A model generated the notes under the pieces. The model had not been told where the DNA came from. It saw nothing but the letters and a program-made list of their open reading frames with translations, and searched no databases. Positions 25,200-37,051 of a stretch of 64,000 bases of DNA are shown one piece after another. Made by a program: the position numbers and the translations under genes. Within the stretch, counting starts at the first letter, position 1. The number at the start of each line of letters is the position of its first letter. The stretch comes from Octopus sinensis (Eukaryota), in assembly GCF_006345805.1 (NCBI RefSeq), contig NW_021832223.1, forward strand, positions 1 through 64,000, given 5' to 3'.

Positions 25200-27490
25200 G
25201 AAAGAAGACCAGGTCAGCACAGCTCAAAAAAAAATCTCGAAGAGATCTTTTTGACAATATAGAATTACCACCTGAAATAATAATTACAAGATGGGGAACC
25301 TGGCTTAGTGCAGCCTTTTACTACTCGAAAAACATGCATACAGTTCGCACTATAGTTTCTGGTCCTGAATTTAACAAAAAAGGGAAAATCTTAGATAAAG
25401 TAAAAACTGCTTTAGATTCAATTAATTTGGAAATAAACCTTGCATTGATAAAATCATGTTATAGTGACATATTAGATGGATTACATCAATGCCAAGAAAC
25501 TTTTTTTACCATTGAGGATGCCGTTAAATTTATTAATGTGATAAATTTTGGGGATGATCCATGTGGAATATCTAAATATTTCCGTAAAAGAATAGATAAA
25601 AATCGATTAAAAGAATTTATACTGCTAAGATTGATAATTGTTCACCAGAAATTTGTTCGATATTATGGAAATGTCCAGCAACAACTATTTCTATTGAAAG
25701 AAGTTTTTCTATGCTTCAAAAGATGTTGGAGAAGGATAGAAACTTTAAAAATGATAACATTAAATATTGTCGTAAGTTATAATGTCTAGGCCCGTTCTAA
25801 GTGTCCGGAGTGATAAATCGGATTTATCACTCCAAATCATGTAAATTCTTTGTTTAAGATCTGAAATTCTTAATGATTACTTTTGTTAATTCAATAATTT
25901 TTTAAATTATTAAAATTTGAAAAAAGTAACTCAGTTAACAAGAATGCGGAAATTAAACAAAGAAATTTTCATCAATCAGGTGATTGAGCGTCATAGTAAC
26001 GAACATAAAATGTAAGTTACTCCATGCGAATTTTTTCTCACAATTAACCTCAATTAATTCAATTCAAATCCTTTAGTTTTATAACTATTTGTTGATTGCT
26101 AAAAAGACTATAAAATATAGATATTGACTAAATCGAAAACCGAAACTAAACATAATTTTTTAAAAGTTAATTTTTTTAATCATTGACTTTGGAATTGTCT
26201 TCCTTTCACCAGATGTGCAATTCTCAACGAGAACGGAATGCAGAGAAACTTCTTCCACTACTAGAAATTGTTCCTTGCTAAAAAAACTAGTGAGTGGATA
26301 TTTTCTTGTTTTTATATTTTTATCGAAATCAATTTTAATTGTAACATTATCTCCAATTGTGATATCTTTTTTTCGAAAATTTTTATTTGCGTCTTCTGTA
26401 ACTTTTCTTTTATACTTTACATTATGAGTTTTTACTTCTAAAGATAATTCCGTTTCTTCCGATTCCGAATTAATCTCTTCTTCTGCGCCTCCACATGGCA
26501 AAATATTAAAACCCGTTATTCCGTAAAATAGACTGGGTAAATAAAAAGAGACTAACCAAAATGGTGACTTTCCAGTTGCGCGATGACAAGTTATGTTGTA
26601 TTTATACACCACCTTCTGTAGAATTCTCTCCACCTTATAGATTCTGTTGCGAACAAAGTCTTCCCCAACCAACGTTTGAGAGTTTGGTTATATCTTTCTA
26701 TTTGTCCTTGAGATTGTGGGTGCCTTGGTCTTCCATATATCGGAGTTATTTTCCAATCATCAAGAAGTTTTGAAACTTCTTTGTTGCGGAATTCCTTTCC
26801 ATTGTCCGAATGAAAATAAATTGGAGGTCCGACAGTCTGGAATAAACTCTCAATTGCATTATAGATGCTTTGTGATGTTTTATTCTCTAACGCGAATGAC
26901 CATGCAAACTTTGTGTATGCATCGATGACAGTAAGTATCCATTTAAAATTGTCATTATTTGCAGAATACCGCCTTAGATCTATACAGTCGGCGATAAATC
27001 TTTCGTATTTTTTTTCCACAGAAATCATTCTGATATTTTCACAAGTACTTAAAGAGTTAAATGATTGGCACGGTATGCATTTTGATACAAAATCACGAAT
27101 TATACATTGTTTAATTCCAATATATTTTTGAGAAATTAGATAACACATTTTATTGAACCCAGGATGTCCTTCATTATGTTCATCACAAAGAATAGAATAA
27201 AATTTATTCCCAAAATCATAATGATTTGGAGTGATAAATCGGATTTATCACTCCGGACACTTAGAACTGGCCCGGACGCTATAACTTACGACAAATATTA
27301 CTTTTCGTTATATTACAATAAATTTGAGTGATTAGTTCTAAATATAAGCCTTATTAAAACTTTATTAATACATAAAAATAAAAATTTATTAGGTCATATT
27401 AAGGGCATATATTTTTTCGTTTAAGGTCATATAAGTCATATTTTATCGGTCATATTTGAAATTTTTTAGGTCATATTTGCGGCTGCCCTA
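25200..27490 (+). mobile_element. hAT-like transposase relic (CGGBP1-related type) split by the Ginger element
   Basis: LPPEIIITRWGTWLSAAFYY. The frame rejoins across the insertion (DNIKY|YFSLYYNKFE*). Right end has GGTCATAT repeats and GCGGCTGCCCTAG. Confidence 0.65.
25768..27293 (-). mobile_element. Ginger2/TDD-like integrase DNA transposon, 1526 bp
   Basis: 73-bp TIRs TGTCGTAAG...CTTACGACA, 5-bp TSD AATAT; H2C2 plus rve core (DCIDL, HSDNGKEF, QGQIERYNQ) in frameshifted ORFs 26591-27148 and 26160-26672. Confidence 0.88.
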
Positions 27491-27491
27491 G

Positions 27492-27870
27492 TGATGACCA
27501 GAACGGAAACGAGCCAAGTTTGTCTGAGCCGAACGGTCGAAAAGCAATTCAGAAGGGTAAACGTCAGGAGGAGGTTTATTGAGCACAGAGTTGGACGTCA
27601 GCTTAAGAATTGCTGACGTAGATATTGAATTGGATATGGACATTGGAGCAGGCCATCAATTTTAGCAAGAATCCGGGAATATAGATTCGCCGGCGTGTTC
27701 TTCACTGAACGAGAATTTCCGTTTAGCACATTTAAAGCAGACCAAGGATGATGGGGAATACGAGATGCAAATACAAATTGCGCTCCTCTCATATTTAGAT
27801 GATCTTCAATTGGCAAAAGGTTTGTTTCACAGTGGAGGTTATCAACTGGGGTTGATTTCAGACACCCAGA
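27492..27870 (-). mobile_element. 3' fragment of Vingi-like family B
   Basis: NLHCETNLLPIEDHLNMRGAQF...KNTPANLY is nearly identical to 50380-50600. Confidence 0.85.
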
Positions 27871-28840
27871 TATTAATAAATAGCTCGTGTGACCTTTTAG
27901 GCATACTATCAATTAACTTCAGAATATTTTCAGATGGCAATTCGTTCCAAATTTTCTTTAATTTGACTTCGAGATCAAGTTTATTTTTTGCAGGATCTAA
28001 TGAATACTTTTTCTTCATCATGCTCCAAACATGTTCCATTGGGTTCATGTCTGGAGATTGCGGAGCCCAATCAAGAATTGGAACTTTATTTTCTTCAAAA
28101 AACTTGGTTGTTGACGCAGATTAATGACAGGGAGCCAAATCTTGTTAAAGTGAACTGATTTAGTCCCATTTTTCGCGCCGAAACAAACAAATTATTCGTG
28201 ATTACATTTATATATTTAGCGGAACTGAGTGTTCCATTAACAAAAACTAAATTGCTCACTCCTTGATAGGAGATACAGCCCCAAACCATAACACTATCTC
28301 CACCAAATTTTACTGTCGGCGTTATATGATTCATTTCATAACATGAACTTTTTTGATAACAGTTTTTTTTTAGTATGAAAAATCTGAAAAGATGCTTCAT
28401 CAGAGAAAATAATAGTTTTCCATGCTTCATTGGTCATCCGAATAAAAATTTTTGACAATTCATATCTTTTATTATGTTTTTCTTCGAAAGCAACGGTTTA
28501 CGTTGACGTACTCTTCCGATGAGAAAATGTGAATTTAAATAAGTTCCAATTGTCTTTCTACAGACACTCTTACCAGTTAAATGTTTTATTTCATTCCTCA
28601 ACGTGTTAGAAGATTTTTTGGATCGCACTAAATAAGATGCAATAGAATTTCAATGTCTGTTTTCTGAAGCTTTTTAGGACGTCCGGAACCAGGAATCCTA
28701 TCAGCACTTCCATATTTTTTGAATTTTCGAAGAAAATCTCCGATTGTCGATTTTTGAGTATTTAGATGTTTTGCGATATCTTTTATCGTCCAATTTAACT
28801 CAAAAAGAGCAAGGATCTTTCATTTAATTATTGCATTTAA
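27850..28840 (-). mobile_element. Tc1-like transposase relic
   Basis: GSGRPKK, RQRKPLLSKKN, PTVKFGGDSVMVWGCIS, NPMEHVW. Confidence 0.85.
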
Positions 28841-29064
28841 CATTTTCTTATAAAACTCAAAATTCAACAACTAAAATATCACTCAATAAAGCAAACCGGT
28901 TTTTTATTCACACGTAAAAATTTAAATCTTCAAAATTTTAAACGATTAATGAAATTTTTTATAAATAAAAAAAATCATAAATTTAATCAACTCCAAAGAG
29001 TTCAATTCGGGTGAAAAATTGAATGCTATTTGTCAAAAAAAGTTAATATCTGCAATGCATATTG

Positions 29065-29120
29065 CGGTTCACCTGTCGTTGTGGTGGCGCCCAGTGCATA
29101 TTCTGCATGAAAAAGAACCG
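29065..29120 (+). ncRNA. HDV-like pseudoknot variant, 5' strand of P1 missing
   Basis: P2 CGGUUC/GAACCG, P3 ACC/GGU, P1' GGCGCC, P4 GUGCA/UGCAU. Confidence 0.55.
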
Positions 29121-30283
29121 TTCGACCCTCTCCTCCCCCCCACGACTTTGGGAGGGGTGGCCTCCCAATTTCCCCCTCTCTTTTCTACATCTGGCTGGCG
29201 ACGTGGAACCGAATCCGGGGCCCGATTCTCTGGTTATCCTACAACTGAATGTCAATGGAGTCCGAAGTAAAGTCTTGGAGTTACGCTCCCTATTATCTCG
29301 GCTAAAAGTGGACATTGCTCTCATCCAGAAGTCTAAACTCTCTGTCATCCTCAACACCACGGTTCCCCGGCTACACTGTACTGCGAAAAGACCGGACGAG
29401 AAGTCTTGGTGGAGGACTATTGACAATTGTCAAGGATGGGCTTGTGTTGACCGATGTTACTACATTCGTTTCCTCCCTGTGTGAAGACGACCCTATTCTT
29501 GAGCAAATCTCTATAGAAGTTCCTTTCTTACCCTCAAGACATCTTACACTGTGCAATGTATATGTCCCACCGCAGAGCTCGACGACTTCCTTTATCCCAA
29601 AGTACACACCCAACTTATTGAAACTCCGCGGACTGAAGGACCTGCTGCTATGCGGCGACCTAAATGCCAAGCATCCGCTCTGGCTCCGGTCTCAACCGGC
29701 CGACATTCGCGGCGAGTACATCCTTTCCGTACTCAATAAGTTGACTATCCTAAACGACCCATACGCTCATACAAGGACACCAACCCGCAGAAGAGACAGC
29801 CCAACCTCCCCGGACCTGTCTCTCTGCACTCCATCCTTGGCTGGATATATCTCGTAGAATGTTCGTTATGGCTTCTCGAGCGACCATAACCCCATTGTAC
29901 TGACACTTAGAAGGCCTTTCTGTCCAACGCGCCGTCCTACGAAGTTCAAAAATTACTCGAAGGCTAACTGGCATGGTTTCGGGCTGTACGTGGACGACTG
30001 CCTGCTCGATCTCTCTTTGGAAAATTGCACAGTGGAAAAGACGGCCAAGATCCTGTCTACTATCATTTTGCAAGCTGATAAATTATTTATACCTGTCGCT
30101 TCATACAAGAAGTTCAATCCAAGATTATCATCACAAATCCTATCACTTATCAAAGAACGAGATGGCCTGAAGAAAAACAAGTCCAATGACTCATATCATA
30201 CTATACGTTCGTTGAATATCAAAATTTCTGAACTGATCCGGACTAATAACGGACTCGAGTAGAGTCGTCTCGTTGGTCGATTA

Positions 30284-30556
30284 TGTGACAGGTAAGAGGC
30301 GGAACCACGTTGGAGCCGAAACCCAAGTTGTTATTTTGAATAAACAATAATTTTTTGATTTAATTTTCATTGTAAAATCATTTAGGGTTAGGGTTAGTTT
30401 TTCACTTAGGGAAAAAGTGAAATAAAGTTGAGCAAAAAATGTATATTTGAGTGTTTTAATAAATATTTTAGTGTACAATTTTAATTTTAAAAAAAATTTG
30501 AAAAATTCCGCCTCCAGGTTCCGCCTCCGGCGTGGTTCCGTCTCTTACCTGTGACA
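30284..30556. mobile_element. 273-bp TGT...ACA MITE
   Basis: ~26-bp TIR TGTSACAGGTAAGAGRCGGAACCACG, TSD GATTA, internal TTAGGGTTAGGGTTAG; the host frame rejoins. Confidence 0.85.
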
Positions 30557-31536
30557 GATTATGTCACAGAAATTCCTGCGCCACCTTCTGGAAAACGCTA
30601 AGAAGGATCAATTGCCTTATCGGCGAGGAGGACGGAGGAACTGAGGCCGTTGCCCACAATTCCTTGGAACCCGCTCGCAAACTTGCAAACAAGATTATGA
30701 AGTACTACGTATCGATCAGGGTCCGTATTGGCAATACTACTTCAAGATCAAGACTACTGCCCAATGGTGTCCCACAAGGCTCCCCTTTATCTCCTCTCCT
30801 TTTTAACCTATTTCTACATGACCTACCCATCACTAATGACCCGGACATTATGTTCTTATCCTATGCGGACGACCTGATTATGGCTGCAAGAGATAAATCT
30901 CCTTCTGTGGCTATCGCAATGGTCCAGTCACACCTCAACCGTGTATGTGATTTGGCTATCTGCAAACATGCTGCGTGTGTCTGCATCTAAATCCCAATTC
31001 ACCCTCTTTACTACTGATAGAAGATTCAAGAATGGACTGGAACTATTCATTGGAGACAATCCTATTCCCTCTTCGCGTACCCAGAAGATCCTTGGCGTGG
31101 TTTTCGACTCCTTAATGACGTTCTCAAGTCACGTAGAGGAGGCCCTAGCTAAAGGTCTTCGGAAGTGGAACGTCTTGAAGGCTCTGTTAAAGAAGAGTCC
31201 CTTCCCCTGAAAGATTGTGTCAGCAAGGTCTACCAACAAGTGATTGCCCAGACGGTTGAGTATGCCTGCTCAGCCTGGAGGTTTGCAATTGCTTGTTCGA
31301 AAGCGGAACGTTTGAACTCACTCAGAAGGAAGATTATGCTCCACACTGACACCTCAGTTGGCAGCCTTGCTTCCGAGGAGGCGACGCAGAAGAATGGACA
31401 GGGTTTCCTAAGTTTCTGCAAGGAACTGGGAAACCCACTCAAGGAAAAGGTGGCCCATGCAGAGGAATTTCGGTCGATTATAAAGAAATGCACTCCAATT
31501 GAGTTCCTCTGCAGAAGGAAGAGAAGGTGTTTCCGG

Positions 31537-34046
31537 GGTATGCGGAAAGAAAGTCAAGCGGAAAAAACGTCAAGTGGAAAAAAAGTCAAGTCCGTAAGCG
31601 GAAAAAAAGTCAAGTGGAAAAAAAGTCAAGTCGTCTTTGTTTACTTTATATTGTATCTTTTTCGCAATAATAGCAACTTTTAATTTTTAACAAATTTTTT
31701 CAATACTTGACTTTTTTTCCGCTTTACTTTTTTTCCATTTTTGAAATTTATTCCCTTATAAATTTTCGAAATTTAGCGCAAAACGGAAAAAAAGTCAAGT
31801 TCGTTAACGAAATTACGGACTGTAATTTCATTTAAATGTTCTGCCACAGCTAAGCAACACGTTGTGAAAATAAATTTTAAAAGCTTGGTTCAGAATATCG
31901 GTTTTTTAAAACTGATATCACTTGCAATTGTATGCGCAAACTTTTTTTCGTTCGCGTTAGCTTCTCGCCTGCCGAAATAGTTCGCTTCCTTTGTTTTATC
32001 TATTCTGTTTCATTTCTTCCGGAAAATAAATCACATAAATTTTACAAAAATTCTTAGAGTAGTCCAGATTTTCTTTATTTTTAAAATTTTTAAATATTTA
32101 AAAAAGATTTTTATTAAACGTGATGAAAGGATTATTTAATTCGAATCAAAAGAATATTTAATATTCCATGCAATTGCTTGTAGGGTTTCTCCTATTGTCT
32201 TTTTTCTGTTTTGGCGATCCAGACATATATTTAGCAGCCTTTGTTGTCGATCGAGTGTACTCTTGTTTTTTCTTGTCGTAATTTTTCTTCCGATGGAATC
32301 CTGGTCAATAATTGTTTTCGTCATTTTTTCTTCTTTTTGAAAAGAAGATATAATATTCCATATCGATGGATGACGATATCCCGTCAAATTGTATAATTTA
32401 TTGTTCCATCCTTCACAATAGTTGTTTGTTCTTTGATCATTATTGAGCGTGGCTTCATACACATTCCATAAAATTGGAGGGAACAATGGAGAAATGTGCT
32501 GTATTCTAACAGATAAAGGGTTTTCTTGTTTATTTAAGCAACGATAATAACCACGAACATATGTTCGATCAAAATAATCTACTATATATTTTGAATCTGG
32601 AACATCTTTTGGTATATTATCTATTAGGAATTCTATTCCTTCTTCCAGATCTTGAATGGGCAAAAACGCAGAGCGTCTATCATAGCGCAAAAAATGTTGA
32701 AGTTAATATTTTCTTTATATTCTTTTACTAAATGCAATTCTTGAATTTTTCTCCAGGTTGACTGCCTTAGATGATAATAACATCCTCTAATATGTATTCG
32801 TCTCCCAAATACTGCAAGGACAGCTCGAAATACCGAATCTTCAAAGTCTGCCATAATAGTTTCAAGACAAAATTCCAAATTCAAATTATGAATTGCATTT
32901 TGAATAGTCTCAAAAATTCTTCGTAAATCTTTCTTGATTTAGAAGGTAATATTCCATAAATAACTGTAATTGGACTGGAATTGAACTCAATTCTGATAAA
33001 ATATATTTGCTTGAATATGCATGGTGCCATAGAGAAATTTCCATCCATACCATACTTTGGAATTTGCCAATAACGTTAAATTAGTATTGGTGCTGAATAT
33101 TAAAAGTCTATCGTTTCTTCTTTGATTATCATAAATTAAAAAGTTTTCTGAATCCGGACCAAGAGTTGAAGTTAAAAATGATGGAATATCTTCTAGATCT
33201 AGAATATTTTTGGAATATGTAGAGACAAGCGTTGATTTCTTATTGTTCGCTTGAAAGAATCTGCAGAAGGGAGAATAATTCTGGATGATGTATCACATTG
33301 AGAAACAACATTTGAATAGATTTGTAAGGGATTCTCTTGGCTCTTTTTTGCAAGAAGTTTTGCCTTGTTGCACAACTTCGTCAGTTTTATTTGAGTTTCG
33401 TCTAATTCGTGATTGTGAGAGGTTCCTTCTTAGGAAACTCAAAGTTATGATCTGTTCTTAAGCTTCCTCTGCATCCTTGCGAAGACTTTTTACACAATTA
33501 AAAATTATATAATTTTTTGTTGTCGAGTGCCTTGTATACATATAACCTTTGAAACAAATTTTTTTTCCTCCTTTGTTAGATGATATTATCTCCATTTTGT
33601 CACTTATTTTTGCGGCATCCATAATATTTAAGATACAATATGCATAATATTTAAGATCAAGGCGTAAGATTAAGCAAATAAGTCAGGCCACTTTTATTAT
33701 TACTTTGAAGTTCTTAAATTGATTTAGGAAAAGCGATTATTTTAAGACGGAAAATAAGTCAAGTTCGTTAACGAAATTACGGACTTGACTTTTTTTCCGT
33801 TTTGCGCTAAATTTCGAAAATTTATAAGGGAATAAATTTCAAAAATGGAAAAAAAGTAAAGCGGAAAAAAAGTCAAGTATTGAAAAAAATTGTTAAAAAT
33901 TAAAAGTTGCTATTATTGCGAAAAAGATACAATATAAAGTAAACAAAGACGACTTGACTTTTTTTCCACTTGACTTTTTTTCCGCTTACGGACTTGACTT
34001 TTTTTCCACTTGACGTTTTTTCCGCTTGACTTTCTTTCCTACAATC
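31537..34046 (-). mobile_element. Mutator (FLYWCH-MULE) element with ~257-bp repeat-rich TIRs
   Basis: TIR arms 31544-31800 and 33783-34039; 8-bp TSD GTTTCCGG. Confidence 0.88.
32136..33622 (-). pseudogene. FLYWCH/MULE transposase, frameshifted
   Basis: KICFKGYMY, YMDGNF, MADFE, IRGCYYHLRQSTW, RTNNYCEGWNNK. Confidence 0.88.
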
Positions 34047-34181
34047 GTTTCCGGATTACGGTCGGGTCATCAGAAGATCATGTAAGGAGAGTACGGCTGT
34101 TGTTGGAGGCAGGGATCACCTAATTAGTTAGTTCTGACTCATCTTTCTCGGTGATCTTGGAGTTAATAAATAATAATAATA

Positions 34182-34606
34182 TGTCGCGAGCGCAGCGAGC
34201 GACCGAACGCTAGACGCGACTTTGACACCTAACAAGCCTGTCATCAACAAATATATTTATTAAATTATTTAAAATTTTAACATGATTTAAAATTAAAATT
34301 GAAATAACTTAAGTTTTCCATTGAATCCCATAAAATAATTTATAAGTAGACTTTAATAGAAAAAGTAAAATCAATGAATACTGAACGCTAATTTGGTTTA
34401 GGTTGTGAGGGGGGTAATAATTTGACAGATCTCATTGCTATTTCTCGTTTCAATCTCAAAAATTAGGTCTTCTAATCAAAAATGAACTGTGCAGACAGGC
34501 TTGCTCCTTCAGAAGATTCTTGTTCAATTTATAAATTTTTTGATTGATCGCATCTAGAAATTGAGTGGTCGCTCGCTGCGCTCGGTCGCTCGCTGCGCTC
34601 GCGACA
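34182..34606. mobile_element. 425-bp TGT...ACA MITE inserted in the LINE tail
   Basis: ~29-bp TIR TGTCGCGAGCGCAGCGAGCGACCGARCGC; TSD TAATA. Confidence 0.8.
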
Positions 34607-35032
34607 TAATAAATAATAATATCTGCAAAACCGGTTTTTTTCTACTAGCACTGTATATTCAACTAACACTCCTTTTGCTGCTGTAGAACAGGCATTCTCA
34701 AGTAACATCGGATGGAGAAAGCTATCTACTTGACACTGTGGACACCTCTGGACACACTGCGGAGTATCTTTAATCTTTTGCATCACAAAATTGTGTTTAT
34801 TTACAAGCTTTTAAATAAGTCTGATTAAAATCAAAAAAATCTTGTTTAAATCCAAAAAACAGATTTTTTTGATTTTTAACAACCCTGATATTAATCAATT
34901 ACGTACGTTATATTAATCTAAATGATGTAATTCAAGAAGAATTTTTTTTCTGAATATCTTGAACTCGACACAAGAGGGTTAACAATTTTCAAAACTATTG
35001 AACAATATCAACTACTTCAAACTATTGAACGT

Positions 35033-35108
35033 TGCGTCATGTGGTTCACCAGTTGCTGCAGCTCTGGAGGCGCACAGAATGCTCCTAAAGCATTCGAGAA
35101 AAGAACCA
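35033..35108 (+). ncRNA. HDV-like pseudoknot variant with expanded L3
   Basis: P1 UGCGUC/GGCGCA, P2 UGGUUC/GAACCA, P4 GAAUGC/GCAUUC, ~15-nt L3. Confidence 0.55.
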
Positions 35109-36563
35109 TTCACTCTTCCCAGCTGGAATTATCCAGACGACAATCCCGGGATCTCAGCCCCCGATAGACGAAAGGCTTGAGCATTCTGCTTCCGGGCGAT
35201 GTTGAGGAGAATCCAGGACCACATCTAACCATACTCCAACTGAACATCAATGGAATAAGAGGGAAAGTTTTTGAATTACGAACATACCTTAAAAAACACA
35301 ACATCGATGTAGCTGCCTTACAAGAAACCAGATTAACACCCTCCTCATTTACCCCCTCATTCCCGGGATATAACTGTATCCGCTTAGATCGGTTAAACCG
35401 ACTTGGCGGAGGCCTTCTGTTTATTATCAAATACGTTTTGCAATATACAGACTCCACGGATGACCTCAAGGCAACAATTCAGGACGGCGTATCAGAAATA
35501 TCTGGAATTATGTTGAATACTAAATTTGGAAAGACCGCTATTCTTAACATATATGTTTCACCCCCTCCGTCTTGTCCAAAGGGATTCAATCCAAACTTCT
35601 CAAAGCTATCCAATTTAAAGAACCTTTTAATTTGCGGAGACTTGAACGCAAAGCATCCGACTTGCCTTAAATCCCAACGGGCAGACTCAAGAGGATGGTC
35701 TCTATTGAAACAACTCTCTGCCATGTCTTTCCTTAACAATCCGAAGACCCACACTAGGACACCTTATAAGGATACCAAACGCTTAACATCTCCGGACATT
35801 GCACTATCTTCAACTAACTTATCCTCAGCCATTTAATGGACAGTAGACTACGATCTTAATTCAGATCACAATCCAATCATCATCGTGATCAAAAAAGCTC
35901 TTCCTCGTACGAACAAAGCTATGTCCTTTTTCAATTACAAGAACGCAAACTGGGAGGGATATGCTAACTTCACCGACGCAACGGGAGTGTATTTCTGAAT
36001 GGAATCAAATCAATCTCAAGATTACTTCTAAATGGAGTTCCCCAAACTGTTCAAATCAATCGACGGAGCTGTCAAGTACCTAAATGAGGCGATCTTGCTG
36101 GGTAGAAAACTATTTATCCCAAAATGCACTTACCATCACTTTGAAGAAAATCTCGACCAGGAGACAAAAATCCTTATCAGGAAAAGAAACTTTCTTAAAA
36201 AGAATCTAATTTCTATTCCCGGATGAAGAAAAGAAATAAAGAACCTAAATGATACAATCACTAAGAAATTGAAAGCATCCCAAAGAAGATGGGAAAAACA
36301 AATCAAAACGCTTGGAAAGGAAAAATCTGCCCAACGCATATGGAACGCTCTCAAAAAGTTCAGACCCGGCAAGTATTGCATAGACTCAGAACAGAAAAGT
36401 CAACCTGAATTGAGTAAACTCATGAAATTCTACGCCGGAATCAGCCACAAGAATCATTTGAAGATAAACTCATATTATGTAAACAATAAACCAAAAAAAT
36501 CAAACTCACCCACCTATATATCCCCTCAGGAGCTTCGCAAAACAACTAAGTTCTCCAAGCACT

Positions 36564-36705
36564 GTACCATCTTAGTCCTAAATACCCGCTTAGTCGTAAA
36601 TACCCGTTCCCATCCGAACGCGGCAGTTAAGCGATTACAGGCTGTTTTAGTACTTGGCTAGGTGACCGCCTGGGAACAAACAGTGTCGGTACGATCATAC
36701 TTAGT
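36564..36705 (+). rRNA. 5S rRNA-derived copy (rearranged, probably a pseudogene)
   Basis: AATACCCGTTCCCATCCGAAC...AGTTAAGC...TAGTACTTGG...GTGACCGCCTGGGAA. Helix II UAGUCG/CGAUUA. Partial 5' duplication, and a new 5S start GTACGATCATACTTAGT overlaps the 3' end. Confidence 0.8.
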
Positions 36706-36856
36706 TATTACACCAGTTTTGTACGGTCTGCCATTAAAGTTCCTATAATTTGTTTTGTTTGATTCTGTTATTAAATGTTTTGTTCTCCAAACTTGTTCGT
36801 TCTCGTCGAGGGATTTAATAATGACTTGGTATTAGAGAAATCTAATCGAATGATTC

Positions 36857-37051
36857 CTATTTGTGCGTTTTTGAGCTGGATGTAAGTATTGTTATAGTTC
36901 CAATAATGCACGAAATTGTGAAAATCCAGAGAAGAATTCTATCTATCACCATTCCAATGAATTTCCATTCTTTGTTGTTCTAAAATACTTTTCATCATCA
37001 CCCAACTTGTGCATGCGCATCTTGGTCACGGAACCAATTGGCTATGTATCC
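36857..37051 (-). pseudogene. Fragment of a Cys-loop (nicotinic acetylcholine receptor-like) subunit gene: MA-M4 with a 27-nt intron
   Basis: GYIANWFRDQDAHAQ|NNKEWKFIGMVIDRILLWIFTISCIIGTITILTSSSKTHK*; GT-AG intron 36980-37006. Confidence 0.85.

Larger units (their letters stand above)
29056..34616 (+). mobile_element. Ingi/Vingi-like LINE, family A copy 2, carrying three nested DNA-element insertions
   Basis: 12-bp TSD TAATATCTGCAA (29044-29055, 34617-34628); pseudoknot 29065-29120; 2A LHLAGDVEPNPGP (29185-29223); APE; RT C-terminal half. The C-terminus RRCFR|ITVGSSEDH...EAGIT* rejoins across the MULE. Confidence 0.88.
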
